Below are positions 1 to 10,460 of a DNA stretch of 64,000 nucleotides, one piece after another. Both the position numbers and the translations under genes were made by a program. The stretch covers positions 3,872,001-3,936,000 of the forward strand of contig CP166615.1 in NCBI GenBank assembly GCA_041937175.2. The letters are read 5' to 3'. The stretch's first letter is position 1; every line of letters begins with the position of its first letter. Below the pieces are notes generated by a model. It did not search any database. It was not told the origin of the DNA and saw only the letters and a program-made list of their open reading frames with translations. The stretch is from Limnothrix sp. BL-A-16 (GTDB lineage: Bacteria > Cyanobacteriota > Cyanobacteriia > CACIAM-69d).

Positions 1-968
1 TTAAACATCCGCTGTTTGCGGCCCCCATGGCGAAAGTCCCGATCGCTCCCATATCGGGAACCGGTCACCTGGTGTTCCGTGGGCTTGAAGTCCAAACCAT
101 AGGCGCGGAAACCCTCCCGCCAACCGCCCATCGATCGCCCTTCCCGTTTGGCCAGCAGGGAGGCGCGGCCAATTTCCGCGATCGCCCGTAAAGCTTGATA
201 AACCTCGCTGGGGCGACCAAATTGGGACTCGGCCGCCGCCGATCGGGCAGAATCCCAAATTTCCAACACATCACCAAATTGTTGTTCCGCCGTTTCCACC
301 GCTGCCAACACCGTTTCAAAAGCCCCCGCACTGGCCAACTCGTCCGTTTCCGAGTCGCTTGCTTCCGCTTCGGTCGGTTTGGGTTGATATTGCAGCAGGC
401 TAGCCAAGTTGCTTTGGCTTGTGTTTAGCTCCGCTTCCAATTCCGCCACGTAATCCCGTAAATGGGATAGCTCCCCTTGCAGGGCCGATTGCTCATCCCA
501 GGTTTGTTCCACATCAGTGCGAATGGCTTCCAGGTCGGCCCGCTCCTTTTGCAGCAGCCGATCGCGCTCTTGGAGTTGGGTTTTCAGGGCCTCGATCGTC
601 CGTTGGTGGTTGGTGGCCTGCTCTTCCAGGGTTTCCAGTTGCAGTTGTAGTGCTCGCTGGCTGGTTTCCAGGGTTTGGCGCTCGTGGTTTTCGTGATCTA
701 AATCTCGCTGCAACCGCTCCAGCCGTTGTTGATAGCGCCAGCGATCGAGCACCCGCATGGACACCACCCCGATCGTCAGTCCCCCCAAGGCCTGGGCCGC
801 ATTTTGCCAGAGGGTTCCTTGGCCCCAGGCGGAGTCTGTCACCTCCACGCTGGCCAGCCCCAAGGCGGATCCGTGGCTAACCACACTCCCCACGCCCACC
901 ACCGTGCAAAATGCCACCACGCTCAGTCCCAAGAGCGCCAATAACCGCATTCGATCGCCTGTTTCCAT
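1..968 (-). CDS. Membrane-anchored coiled-coil protein with a C-terminal globular (possibly RelE-like) domain; runs off the window edge
   Basis: Not in the ORF track because no stop lies in the window. My translation from ATG at 968 stays open to base 1: METGDRMRLLALLGLSVVAF..., long Q/E/L heptads, then WDSARSAAAESQFGRPSEVYQAL...RDFRHGGRKQRMF. Confidence 0.75.
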   Translation of the reverse strand, partial: METGDRMRLLALLGLSVVAFCTVVGVGSVVSHGSALGLASVEVTDSAWGQGTLWQNAAQALGGLTIGVVSMRVLDRWRYQQRLERLQRDLDHENHERQTLETSQRALQLQLETLEEQATNHQRTIEALKTQLQERDRLLQKERADLEAIRTDVEQTWDEQSALQGELSHLRDYVAELEAELNTSQSNLASLLQYQPKPTEAEASDSETDELASAGAFETVLAAVETAEQQFGDVLEIWDSARSAAAESQFGRPSEVYQALRAIAEIGRASLLAKREGRSMGGWREGFRAYGLDFKPTEHQVTGSRYGSDRDFRHGGRKQRMF

Positions 969-1328
969 ACCCGAATTAAGACCGCCGACCTGTGTGAGAA
1001 GCTTCCTCGATTGTAGACGCGCCACTCTGGATTGTGTGGCCCCTACCCGTCATGATTTCCAAAGCGAGGGATTATCAATCCCTATTGTTTTGGGAGTTTA
1101 AACTAATGTTAAAAGTTGATTTTGAAAGCAGCGGTTTAAAGCGAAGATTTTAAGCCAAGGTTTAAAGCCAATTCTAAGGTCGCCATCTGTTTGTGATTGA
1201 GGGATAGTTGAGTGGCGCTCATGCTTGATGAATTTTGGTTTGATCTTGATTTTGCTTTAAGTTGACCTTGGTTTGATCATGCTTCAAGGGGGGCTTGGTT
1301 GGGATTGAACTTAGATTGAACTTGAATT

Positions 1329-1362
1329 AAAAAACCGGGAGAACCCGCTCAGGACTCTCCCG
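1329..1362 (-). terminator. Intrinsic terminator downstream of hspA
   Basis: Stem CGGGAGA (1336-1342) / TCTCCCG (1356-1362), followed by a T-run on the minus strand. Confidence 0.6.
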
Positions 1363-1494
1363 AATCTGCATTCATTCACTCTTCTAGGTCGGCAATTGCA
1401 CTGAAACGGAAGTGCAACATCATCGTTCAAGATCAAAGTTCAAAGCCAAAGCGAAAGACCGTAGTGCAACGCTTTCAACCATGGGCCAGTTGCC

Positions 1495-1935
1495 CTAGCC
1501 GATCGACAGCTTCACAACTTTGTTCTTTTCTTCTTCCACCTTGGGCAACCGCAGTTCCAAAATGCCATTTTGATAGTTGGCAGTGGCTTGGGCATTTTGT
1601 ACGCGGGTGGGCAACGAGATCACTCGCTGGAATTTGCCGTAACGAAATTCGGTGCGGAAAGTGCTGCCTTCTGGGACGGTTTTCTCGGAGCGCCGCTCAC
1701 CGGCGATCGAAACAGAGTCCGCCGTTACTTCCACATCAACGGTCTTCGGATCAACGCCCGGTAGTTCCAGGCGCAACAGGAGCGCATCAGCGGTTTCTTC
1801 CAGTTCCGCAGCCGGTGCGTGGTGCAATTCCGGATCGATCGCCAAGGGAGTCATCAGTGCGCCATCCAAGAGTCGATCAAAACGCCGACGGAGTGACTCA
1901 ATTTCTCGATAGGGTTCCCAACGAATCAAGGTCAT
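1495..1935 (-). CDS. hspA: Small heat-shock protein (Hsp20/alpha-crystallin)
   Basis: MTLIRWEPYREI...EFRYGKFQRVISLP...YQNGILELRLPK; SD-like AGGAG/GAGG upstream of ATG 1935. Confidence 0.93.
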   Translation of the reverse strand: MTLIRWEPYREIESLRRRFDRLLDGALMTPLAIDPELHHAPAAELEETADALLLRLELPGVDPKTVDVEVTADSVSIAGERRSEKTVPEGSTFRTEFRYGKFQRVISLPTRVQNAQATANYQNGILELRLPKVEEEKNKVVKLSIG

Positions 1936-2373
1936 TTTAGCCACCTCGCTAACTCCTGAAATCAACAACTGGGGAGAAGGGCTTGCTTGAGGATTAACCT
2001 CAAGAATCGAGTTTAATCTTGCTCGAACTTGCTCGATTTTGTTCGATTTTGTGTGGAGCGTTTTGCTCTGCACAATCTCAAGATAGCTCTTTCAAATATA
2101 AGCCTGATTCGGTTTGTACGACCCATTCAAGGGCAGTTCCCACACCTGAGTTTTAAGCAATCAATTGCTGAAGTGTGATGCCGAAAGCCGAGGTGCTTGA
2201 TGGCTTTTACTTCTGGCGGTTGAGGATCTATGGAGAGAATGAAAATTCTGGAGCGGCGCAGTCAAATCTCAATAAAATTAAGAATGTTGCAAGGATAAAA
2301 ACCGTACTTTGGAGGGACTGAAAACCGATGGTTTGTCTGATGGGGGGCGGACATTCAACAGGATCCGAACCGG

Positions 2374-2679
2374 GTGCTTAACTGGGAACTAGGAGTGATT
2401 GTTGGGAGGGATGGCTGGATGGGTTGTGGGCTGGATTCCGTGATCAATAGCTGGGCTGGCTGCTCGATCGCGCCTGTCCTGTTGGCGCTTCCAACCACGG
2501 ACAGCGATTGGCGGTGGCTGGCGGGTGGCATGGGGCTGTTGGTGCTGTATTTGCTGGCTTCGGTGGCAACGGAAATGGGAACCCGCCGCCCGATCGGGGG
2601 GCGATCGCCCAAGCACTCATCAAGGGACGATTCCCCATCAGCGGGCGATCGGGAATCGTCTGTGCCTCCCCAGCCTTAG
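2374..2679 (+). CDS. Small single-pass membrane protein, hypothetical; start uncertain
   Basis: One hydrophobic segment (WLAGGMGLLVLYLLASVATE) and a low-complexity tail. Confidence 0.45.
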   Translation: MLNWELGVIVGRDGWMGCGLDSVINSWAGCSIAPVLLALPTTDSDWRWLAGGMGLLVLYLLASVATEMGTRRPIGGRSPKHSSRDDSPSAGDRESSVPPQP

Positions 2680-2834
2680 GAAAACCTTTTAAGATCGAGC
2701 AGTTGCGGCCCAGGGATCACACCCCCAAATCGGAACCGATCGCATTGAAATTGCATTGAAATTGCGCTGCGCCTTGCATTGAGATTGATCGAACCCCGAT
2801 CAAATTGCCCATGAATGTTCAGGAACTCCTCGCC

Positions 2835-3485
2835 ATGTTTTTTGGTTTAAAGCAAAAGTCCACGATGCCCACCGCCAAAGAAGCGTTACCGGGACGATCG
2901 ACCAAAATGCCCATCAAGAATCAGCATTTTGTGAATGGCAACCCGATCGAGGGGCCCTTCCCGGCCGGTCTGGAAACGGCCCTGTTTGGGTTGGGTTGTT
3001 TTTGGGGAGCCGAGCGCAAGTTTTGGCAAACCCCCGGCGTATTTTCCACGGCCGTGGGCTATGCGGCCGGGCACACGCCCAACCCCACTTACCACGAAGT
3101 TTGCACGGGCCTGACGGGCCACAACGAAGTGGTTCTGGTGGTCTATGACCCACAACAGGTGAGCTACGAGCAACTGTTGAAGGTCTTTTGGGAAAGCCAC
3201 AATCCCACCCAAGGGATGCGCCAAGGCAACGATGTGGGAACCCAATATCGATCGGGCATCTATACCTACAACGCAGCCCAAAAGGCGGCGGCGATCGCCT
3301 CAAAAGAACAGTACCAAGGGGCCCTGACCCAAGCGGGCCATGGAGACATCACCACGGAAATTCTGGATGCGCCGGAGTTTTACTACGCGGAAGACTATCA
3401 CCAGCAATATTTGGCTAAAAACCCCGGTGGCTATTGTGGCCTGGGCGGCACGGGGGTGAGCTGTCCCGTGGGCTTGGCGGTTTAG
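2835..3485 (+). CDS. msrA: Peptide-methionine (S)-S-oxide reductase
   Basis: GCFWG motif, [27 protein letters not shown]. Confidence 0.96.
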   Translation: MFFGLKQKSTMPTAKEALPGRSTKMPIKNQHFVNGNPIEGPFPAGLETALFGLGCFWGAERKFWQTPGVFSTAVGYAAGHTPNPTYHEVCTGLTGHNEVVLVVYDPQQVSYEQLLKVFWESHNPTQGMRQGNDVGTQYRSGIYTYNAAQKAAAIASKEQYQGALTQAGHGDITTEILDAPEFYYAEDYHQQYLAKNPGGYCGLGGTGVSCPVGLAV

Positions 3486-3585
3486 GGTTCGTTGCTGTTT
3501 CGGTTTTGGCCGTTGGCTGCCCTGGGGTTGCCCTTGGGGCCCGGCGGCCGATCGTTCCTTTGTTGGCCCCGGTGGGCCCCTTGCC

Positions 3586-4167
3586 ATGAGCGCGATCGCG
3601 ATCGATCTTCAGCCGGACTTGGCCTTGGACGATGCCACCTTTGCCCGCATCTGTCGCCAAAATCCCCACTGCAAATTTGAACGAACCGCCGCAGGGGAAT
3701 TAGTGACCGTGGCCCTCACGGGAGGCAGAACGGGACAGCGAAACTCACGCCTCACGACGCGGTTGGTGTTGTGGAATGAAGAGACGGGCTTGGGCGAGGT
3801 GTTTGACTCTTCCACGGGGCTTAAACTGCCGAACGGAGCCATTCGATCGCCCGATGTTGCTTGGGTTAGTTACGATCGCTGGTTGGCCCTCAGCACTAAG
3901 CAACAGGATAGCTATCCGCCCCTTTGTCCTGATTTTGTGGTGGAGCTGAAGTCGCCCAGTGATGACTTGGGCCAAGTGCAAGCAAAGATGCAGGAATATC
4001 TCAACAATGGGCTGCGTTTGGGGTGGTTGCTGGATCCGGCGGAGGCGATCGCCCAGATCTACCGGCCCGATCGCCCGGTGGAAACCCTTAAATCTCCCCC
4101 CGCCCTAAGCGGTGACAGTTGCCTACCGGGGTTTTCCCTCTCTTTGGCGGGCATTTTGGATTCCTAG
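3586..4167 (+). CDS. Uma2-family (DUF820) endonuclease-like protein
   Basis: FDSSTGLKLPNGAIRSPDVAW, PDFVVELKSPSD, GLRLGWLLDP. Confidence 0.92.
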   Translation: MSAIAIDLQPDLALDDATFARICRQNPHCKFERTAAGELVTVALTGGRTGQRNSRLTTRLVLWNEETGLGEVFDSSTGLKLPNGAIRSPDVAWVSYDRWLALSTKQQDSYPPLCPDFVVELKSPSDDLGQVQAKMQEYLNNGLRLGWLLDPAEAIAQIYRPDRPVETLKSPPALSGDSCLPGFSLSLAGILDS

Positions 4168-4178
4168 ATTTTGGATTC

Positions 4179-7100
4179 CTAGGAGGTTGATTGGGGAGCG
4201 GCTTGGGGGGCTGGCGATCGTTGGCCAAACATGGCCGTGATTGCCGCGTCGAGGGTGGGTTGCATCACAATTCGATCGCCATGGGCCACCACCAGCCGAA
4301 TCAGGGTCGGGAGGCCGCCCGCATCGGCCGCGAGATACAGCGGCTCCACATAGAGAATGGAGCGCCCGATCGGGATGGCGACCAAGTTCCCTTGAATTAC
4401 CTTGGAACCCTGCCGATTCCAAAGGCTAATTTGGCGTGCAATGTCTGGATCTTGATTAATGCGGGCTTCCACCTGCTCAATCCCAAACACCAGCCGATCC
4501 TTGGGGAACTGATAGAGCAAGAGTCGGCCGTAGCGATCACCATCGGAGCGAGCCGCCAACCAGCCAATCAGGTTGCTGCGCTTGGCGGGGCTGAAGGGCA
4601 ACAACTGCACAAACTCCGGTTGGCTGGTGCCGGGCAGTTGCATCAGAGCAAAGTAGGGCTGAATCGGTTGGGGCTGGTTGCCGTAAATTTCGTTGGGAAT
4701 TTGCCACAGATCCTCCCGGTTATAGAACTCCTGGGGATTACTCATGTGATAGGTCAGCAGCTTTTCCGATTGCACGGCAAACAGATCGATCGGGTAGCGG
4801 AAGTGCGATCGAATGGCGGGCGGGCATTGGTCGATCGGGCGAAAGAGTTCCGGGAACACCGCTTGCCAACTGCGAATCAGCGGATCATCCCCATCGGCCA
4901 CATAAAACCGCACCGTGCCGTTATAGGCATCAATCACCGCTTTCACGGAATTGCGAATGTAATTAAAACCGGCGCGGCTGGGTTCGGAATAGGGATAACG
5001 GCGGCTGGTGGTGTAGCCATCCACAATCCAAAACAGGTGGCTGCGGCGATCGAACCCATCAGGATCCGCTGTTGATTGCAGGTTCACGGCCACGGCGTAG
5101 GGATCGCGATCGAACTGCAAGAAGGGGGCGATCGTCCGTACCCGTTCCCGCACATTCCGCCGCCAGAGTAAGCGCGTGTCGGGCGTGAGGTTATTGGTCA
5201 GCAGTAATTGCCAATCGCGCAGATAGGCCGCCAACAGCCACCGCTTCCACCAGTGGTCGCCAATTAAAACGCCCCCTTGGCCGTCGTAGTGGTTATAGGC
5301 GTTGTCATTGCCTCGGGGATAGTCCAACTCTTGGGCGGCGGTTGGAGCCAGGATGTAGGCATTGGTTAGCTCACCGAAGTAGACCCGGGGCCGATCGAGG
5401 GGAATGCCTTGGCTCACCTGCTCATTGGCGGCCCGCAGGATACCGCCGCCCGCGTCATCGGTGCCGGAACCAATATCCCGAACCCAATAGAGCGGTAGGC
5501 CACCGGCTCCCACTTGGTTGGCGGGACTGAGGGTGAAGCCATAGCCGTGGGTATAGACCAAATGGCGGTTCAGCCAAGTTTGAGCTGGGGCAGACAGGGC
5601 GGCGGTGTCCAACTCCCGCATGGAGAGGATGGTGGGATGGAGGGTCGATCGGTCTGTGGCGGCTGGGGCCGGATTGGGGCGATCGGGCAATCGGTATCGA
5701 TCGAGGTCTGCGTTGGCAAAGCGGTAATAGGAGCGGATTTGCTGGAGCTGCCGATTGGTATCTAGCAGCGGATTCGTGTCCCAAAGGCGCACACTGTCGA
5801 GGGTCGGCCCATAGGTTTGCAGATCCGTCGCGCTGAGGGTGGCTTGGGGGTCAAAGGATTCCGCTTGCACCCGATCGAGGCCAAATGCCGATCGGGTAAA
5901 GGCAATGTTGCGCTCAATGTAGGGCCGTTCCCGTTCCAGCTCGTTGGGTTCCACAATGGCCCCCTGCACCGCCTCGGGCAACAGAAACCCCAAACTGATG
6001 CCCCCGATCGCGTAGCACAACAGCCCGATCGCCACCAATCGGGGCGGCAAATCCGGCCGGCGATCGCCCGTGGGTTGGGCCACCCGGCCATCCAGCCAGC
6101 GCCGAGGTTGCAACCCCGTCAAGGCATAGCCCAGCAGCCAAACCCCACTGCCCAAGGACACCAACCCCAAGCCGATGTTGGCCGGCAACTGCACCCGAAT
6201 ATCCGCAAAACCGGCCCCATAGGCAGCTCCCCGGGCGGAATTGAGCAAATCAAAACAGGCAATTCCGGCACTGATGCCCGCCGCCAACAACACCAACCCC
6301 AACAGGCCGCAGCCATGCCGCCATTCCCCCACCGTGAAGCCAGGAAATCGCCCCCGAGCCAAGGATTTCTGACTGAGCAGGTAATATAGCCCCACTAGCA
6401 GGGCTGACCAGAGCAACAGCCCGATCGCCCAAAATTCCAACAGTTCCACCAGGGGCAAGCCAAACACAAACCAGCCCACATCCAACCCAAACACCGGATC
6501 CACCTGCTGAAATCGGCTGGGGTGGGTGGCGAGCAGAATCGTCGCCCAATGCTGAGAGCCAATCCAGGCAAAGTTCAACGCGGCGATCGCCCCCAAGGCC
6601 CGCAAGCCCCAACCCGGCGCGATCGCCCCCAGAGTCCAAAGGCATCCCGGCAGTGCCAACCACCACCATTGCCCCAATCGCAACGGTTCCAACAGTTCCC
6701 ACAACAGCAGCGGTTGCAAGCGAGGAACCGCCGTGGGCAAGGCTTCCCGCCCCGCTGCCCAGCCAATTTGCCCGTAATGCACCACCAGCAGGGCCAACCC
6801 CAGGGCCAACAATCCCGACACCGCCAACAGCGGCAGCAAATCTAGCCGGCCACCCACCAGCCGCTCCCCACGCGGTTCAATCGCCCGAGGCATCACCCAC
6901 CAGGGGCGATCGGGATCAGGGCCCAGGGCCACCGACTCCCGGCGGTTGAGCTGTTCCGCCAGCCACAGATTGCCCCACAGCACCGCCAACGACCCGATCG
7001 CCCCCACCCCAAACAGAGCCGCCTGCACCGCCAGCCGCATCCACCAAAGGGAGCCATAGCCCAACTGGTCAAACCAAAGGCCATCCCCCAACCAGCGCAC

Positions 7101-7229
7101 CGCCAGCCCGATCGCCAGCACAAAACCCAACCCCCTCAGGGCCCACCGCCAAGGTTGCTGCTTGGCTCGATCGGGGGCCGCCATGGGGGGCGTTGAATTG
7201 ATAGCCAAGGGCGATCGCGTCCGGGTCAA
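4179..7229 (-). CDS. UPF0182-family membrane protein
   Basis: N-terminal TM helices; PNELERERPYIERNIAFTRSAFGL, HLVYTHGYG, NYIRNSVKAVIDAYNG. Confidence 0.92.
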   Translation of the reverse strand: MTRTRSPLAINSTPPMAAPDRAKQQPWRWALRGLGFVLAIGLAVRWLGDGLWFDQLGYGSLWWMRLAVQAALFGVGAIGSLAVLWGNLWLAEQLNRRESVALGPDPDRPWWVMPRAIEPRGERLVGGRLDLLPLLAVSGLLALGLALLVVHYGQIGWAAGREALPTAVPRLQPLLLWELLEPLRLGQWWWLALPGCLWTLGAIAPGWGLRALGAIAALNFAWIGSQHWATILLATHPSRFQQVDPVFGLDVGWFVFGLPLVELLEFWAIGLLLWSALLVGLYYLLSQKSLARGRFPGFTVGEWRHGCGLLGLVLLAAGISAGIACFDLLNSARGAAYGAGFADIRVQLPANIGLGLVSLGSGVWLLGYALTGLQPRRWLDGRVAQPTGDRRPDLPPRLVAIGLLCYAIGGISLGFLLPEAVQGAIVEPNELERERPYIERNIAFTRSAFGLDRVQAESFDPQATLSATDLQTYGPTLDSVRLWDTNPLLDTNRQLQQIRSYYRFANADLDRYRLPDRPNPAPAATDRSTLHPTILSMRELDTAALSAPAQTWLNRHLVYTHGYGFTLSPANQVGAGGLPLYWVRDIGSGTDDAGGGILRAANEQVSQGIPLDRPRVYFGELTNAYILAPTAAQELDYPRGNDNAYNHYDGQGGVLIGDHWWKRWLLAAYLRDWQLLLTNNLTPDTRLLWRRNVRERVRTIAPFLQFDRDPYAVAVNLQSTADPDGFDRRSHLFWIVDGYTTSRRYPYSEPSRAGFNYIRNSVKAVIDAYNGTVRFYVADGDDPLIRSWQAVFPELFRPIDQCPPAIRSHFRYPIDLFAVQSEKLLTYHMSNPQEFYNREDLWQIPNEIYGNQPQPIQPYFALMQLPGTSQPEFVQLLPFSPAKRSNLIGWLAARSDGDRYGRLLLYQFPKDRLVFGIEQVEARINQDPDIARQISLWNRQGSKVIQGNLVAIPIGRSILYVEPLYLAADAGGLPTLIRLVVAHGDRIVMQPTLDAAITAMFGQRSPAPQAAPQSTS

Positions 7230-7320
7230 GGAAAGTCTCCAGCCTCAATGAACGTTGTCTAGCGGAATGCTGGGAAAAAAGCAACTGCGCCGCGCCGCCG
7301 CCCCTGGGCAACAGCCACCA

Positions 7321-7836
7321 TCAGGCCGACGATTGAGGCGATTTAAAGGCCTGACGAACTTTAGGCCGAAACAGGTAGAACAAAATCAAAAGGGCGATCG
7401 CCAATTGAAACCCTAACTGCGACAGGGTTGAAGCCGGAATTGAAGCGGATCCTAGGGCGATCGAACTCACTAGCGACTGTCCCAAACTCAAAACCTGCAA
7501 AATCTGCCAAATTAACGTCAAAATCCAAGCCCATTGCTTCAACTTCCAGAGGCCATATCCCAGCAATCCCCCCACAAGCGAGAGCAACACCCCAATTCCC
7601 CCAAACACCAAAATCAACGTCGGAACCATTCCCAGCATCATCGCCTGGGACTGGGGATCCGCACTGGAACCAGTGGTTTGGAATTGCAGTTTTAGGCTCT
7701 CGATCGTGCCATCCACTAAAAATTGTCGCCATTGGGGAATCACCAACACCGACAAACTGAGCAATAACCCAAAACCACTATAGAAAAACTGCAAACCCGC
7801 CAGAATGGTGACACCTAAGGGGCGCTTGATCATCAT
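7321..7836 (-). CDS. Hypothetical four-TM membrane protein
   Basis: KRPLGVTILA start, GYGLWKLKQWAW, YLFRPKVRQAF end. Confidence 0.8.
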   Translation of the reverse strand: MMIKRPLGVTILAGLQFFYSGFGLLLSLSVLVIPQWRQFLVDGTIESLKLQFQTTGSSADPQSQAMMLGMVPTLILVFGGIGVLLSLVGGLLGYGLWKLKQWAWILTLIWQILQVLSLGQSLVSSIALGSASIPASTLSQLGFQLAIALLILFYLFRPKVRQAFKSPQSSA

Positions 7837-7957
7837 CTTTGGATTGGTTGCCAGATTACGCCTCGGTTATAGCAACGAAATCCCGGAACGTTCCGGGTCA
7901 AATCGTGCTATTTCTGCAAGGAATTTCTCGGGAATTTCTGTGGAGTTGCCCCGGCCC

Positions 7958-9298
7958 ATGAAAACGAAAGTTTCGCCCCTGAACCCGATTTGGCTGTTTC
8001 TGATTGCCTTCGCCACGGTGGTGGCGGCCTACAGCGGCAAGATGAAACCCCTGACGGAGGCTTCCTTCAAGGGGGCGGGCAGCGCGGTGGAACTGGCGAT
8101 CGGGCTGGTGGGTTCCATGGCCCTCTGGTTGGGGATTATGCGGGTGGCGGAGGAAGCCGGGCTAATGCAGGCGATCGCCCGGGCAATTCGGCCCGTGATG
8201 GTGCGGCTGTTTCCCACCGTGCCGCCGGAGCATCCCGCCATGTCCGCCATGATCATGAATTTGGCGGCCAATGCTCTGGGCTTGGGTAATGCGGCTACGC
8301 CCTTGGGTCTGAAGGCCATGAAGGAACTCGATCGCCTGAATCCCAATCCCGGCACGGCCACCAACGCCATGTGTTTGTTTTTGGCGATTAACACGGCCTC
8401 GGTGACCCTGATTCCGCTGGAGGTGATCGCCGTGCGGGCCAGCGCGGGCACGACCCAACCGGCCTCGATCGTCCTCACCACCTTGGTTGCTACGGCGATC
8501 GGGACTACGGCCGCCGTGCTGGCTGCCAAGTTTGCGGCCCGCCGATCGCCCGATCCAGCCCCGGTGATTGAGCCAACCGAGCCGATCGCGGACGCGCCTG
8601 AAAATTCCGAGGCGATCGAACCGGCCGTGGACACCGCCCCGCCGCCGGTCTTGCATCCCCCCAGCTGCGTCGGTCAACTGGTCTTTGGTGGGTTGGTGCT
8701 GGCCTTTCTCGGGGCGATCGTCCAAAAGGTGATGCGACACGGTTTTGGCTTTGTCTTCAGCTTGGAAGGCTTCACCACCATTTCCAACTGGGTGCTACCG
8801 ATGTTTATCAGCGGCTTCTTAATCTATGGCTACTTTCGCGGGGTGCGGGTTTATGAAGCCCTGACCGAGGGCGCAAAGGAGGGTTTTGAAATTGCTGTGC
8901 GGGTGATTCCGTTTATGGTGGCGATTTTTGTGGCGATCGGGATGTTTCGAGCCAGCGGTGCGCTGGAACTGCTGACCAACCTGCTCACTCCCGTCACCGC
9001 TTTGATTGGGATGCCCGCCGAAGCGCTGCCCATGGCCCTGATTCGGCCGCTGTCCGGTAGCGGCGCGTTTGGCTTCATGTCGGAAATTGTGAAAGCCAAC
9101 CCCAACAGCTTCCTGGCGGATTTGGTTTCCACCATGCAAGGTGCATCGGACACGACGTTCTATACGCTGGCGGTCTATTTCGGCAGTGTGGCGATTATTC
9201 GGACGCGCTATGCCTTGCCGGTGGGGCTGTTTGCCGATGCGGTCAGTGCGATCGCCTCGGTGTTGGTTTGTCGGCTGCTGCTACCGGGCGCGGCCTAG
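7958..9298 (+). CDS. Fused SpmA/SpmB nucleoside-recognition (Gate) domain membrane protein
   Basis: ANALGLGNAATPLGLKAM (SpmA) and RPLSGSGA...DTTFYTLAVYFG (SpmB). Confidence 0.88.
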   Translation: MKTKVSPLNPIWLFLIAFATVVAAYSGKMKPLTEASFKGAGSAVELAIGLVGSMALWLGIMRVAEEAGLMQAIARAIRPVMVRLFPTVPPEHPAMSAMIMNLAANALGLGNAATPLGLKAMKELDRLNPNPGTATNAMCLFLAINTASVTLIPLEVIAVRASAGTTQPASIVLTTLVATAIGTTAAVLAAKFAARRSPDPAPVIEPTEPIADAPENSEAIEPAVDTAPPPVLHPPSCVGQLVFGGLVLAFLGAIVQKVMRHGFGFVFSLEGFTTISNWVLPMFISGFLIYGYFRGVRVYEALTEGAKEGFEIAVRVIPFMVAIFVAIGMFRASGALELLTNLLTPVTALIGMPAEALPMALIRPLSGSGAFGFMSEIVKANPNSFLADLVSTMQGASDTTFYTLAVYFGSVAIIRTRYALPVGLFADAVSAIASVLVCRLLLPGAA

Positions 9299-9323
9299 GC
9301 GATCGCCCCGAAACCTTGCCAGG

Positions 9324-9343
9324 CAAGGGGCTTAAGCCCCTTG
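9324..9343. repeat. REP-like palindrome CAAGGGGCTTAAGCCCCTTG, copy 1
   Basis: Perfect 20-bp palindrome, intergenic. Confidence 0.9.
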
Positions 9344-9439
9344 TCTACTGATAGTTAAGCCCCTTAACGGATCGCCCCTGGATCGCTATCTTTAAAAACA
9401 GACCACACAACCACCTTTCAAGGACGAGTTAGCAACCCC

Positions 9440-9724
9440 ATGGCCAAAGCAATTTGGAACGGAACCGTGATTGCCGAGAGCGATCGCACCGAAGTTGTGG
9501 AAGGAAACCACTACTTCCCGGCCGATTCGATTAAGGCGGAATATTTCCAACCCAGCAACACCCACACCACCTGTGGCTGGAAAGGTGTGGCCAGCTACTA
9601 CACGATCGCCGTGGATGGCCAAACCAACCCCGATGCGGCTTGGTACTATCCCGAACCCAAGGATGCGGCCAAAAAAATCGCCGGTTACGTGGCCTTCTGG
9701 CGTGGCGTGAAGGTGGAAGCGTAA
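9440..9724 (+). CDS. DUF427 protein
   Basis: VEGNHYFP, CGWKGVASYY, AAWYYPEPK. Confidence 0.92.
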   Translation: MAKAIWNGTVIAESDRTEVVEGNHYFPADSIKAEYFQPSNTHTTCGWKGVASYYTIAVDGQTNPDAAWYYPEPKDAAKKIAGYVAFWRGVKVEA

Positions 9725-9782
9725 TGATTGGGGGCGATCGCGCGATCGCCCCCACCGCGAAACGGTTAACATCCTGGCAAGG

Positions 9783-9802
9783 CAAGGGGCTTAAGCCCCT
9801 TG
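9783..9802. repeat. REP-like palindrome, copy 2
   Basis: Perfect CAAGGGGCTTAAGCCCCTTG. Confidence 0.9.
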
Positions 9803-9847
9803 TCCCAATGACTGTTCCCTGTCGATTTTCCTGAGCTTGCGCCGGAT

Positions 9848-10402
9848 ATGTCCCCCGAAATTGCCGCCACGATCGAAATTCTGTCCGCCGACGAGTTGCG
9901 CCGCACCGTCAACCGGCTTGCGTCCGAAGTGGTTGAGCGATCGGGCGACCTCTCCAAAGTGGTGCTCGTGGGCATCTACACCCGGGGCGTACCCCTGGCC
10001 AAACTGTTGGCCCGCCAAATCGAAATGCTTGAAGGCGTAACCGTTCCCGTCGGCGCACTGGACATCACCTTCTATCGCGACGACCTCGACAAAATTGGCC
10101 CCCGCACCCCCGAACGCAGCGATATTCCCGTCGATCTCACGGGCAAAATCACCGTTTTGGTGGATGACGTAATCTTCACGGGCCGCACGATTCGCGGAGC
10201 CTTAAACGCCACTTTGGACTATGGACGGCCCGAGTCCATTCGGTTGTTGTCCTTGGTCGATCGGGGCCATCGCCAACTACCGATTCACCCGGACTACACC
10301 GGCAAAGTGTTGCCCACCGCCAAGGACGAAAAGGTGAAAGTTTATCTCCAAGAATTTGACGGCCGCGATGCTGTCGAACTCAGCCGCGCCCCCGTCAATT
10401 AG
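9848..10402 (+). CDS. pyrR: Pyrimidine regulatory protein / uracil phosphoribosyltransferase
   Basis: [39 protein letters not shown]. Confidence 0.95.
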   Translation: MSPEIAATIEILSADELRRTVNRLASEVVERSGDLSKVVLVGIYTRGVPLAKLLARQIEMLEGVTVPVGALDITFYRDDLDKIGPRTPERSDIPVDLTGKITVLVDDVIFTGRTIRGALNATLDYGRPESIRLLSLVDRGHRQLPIHPDYTGKVLPTAKDEKVKVYLQEFDGRDAVELSRAPVN

Positions 10403-10460
10403 TTTCTAAATTTATCTCCGACTCCCTCAGAATATTTGGTTAACATAGTGGATAGATTCA

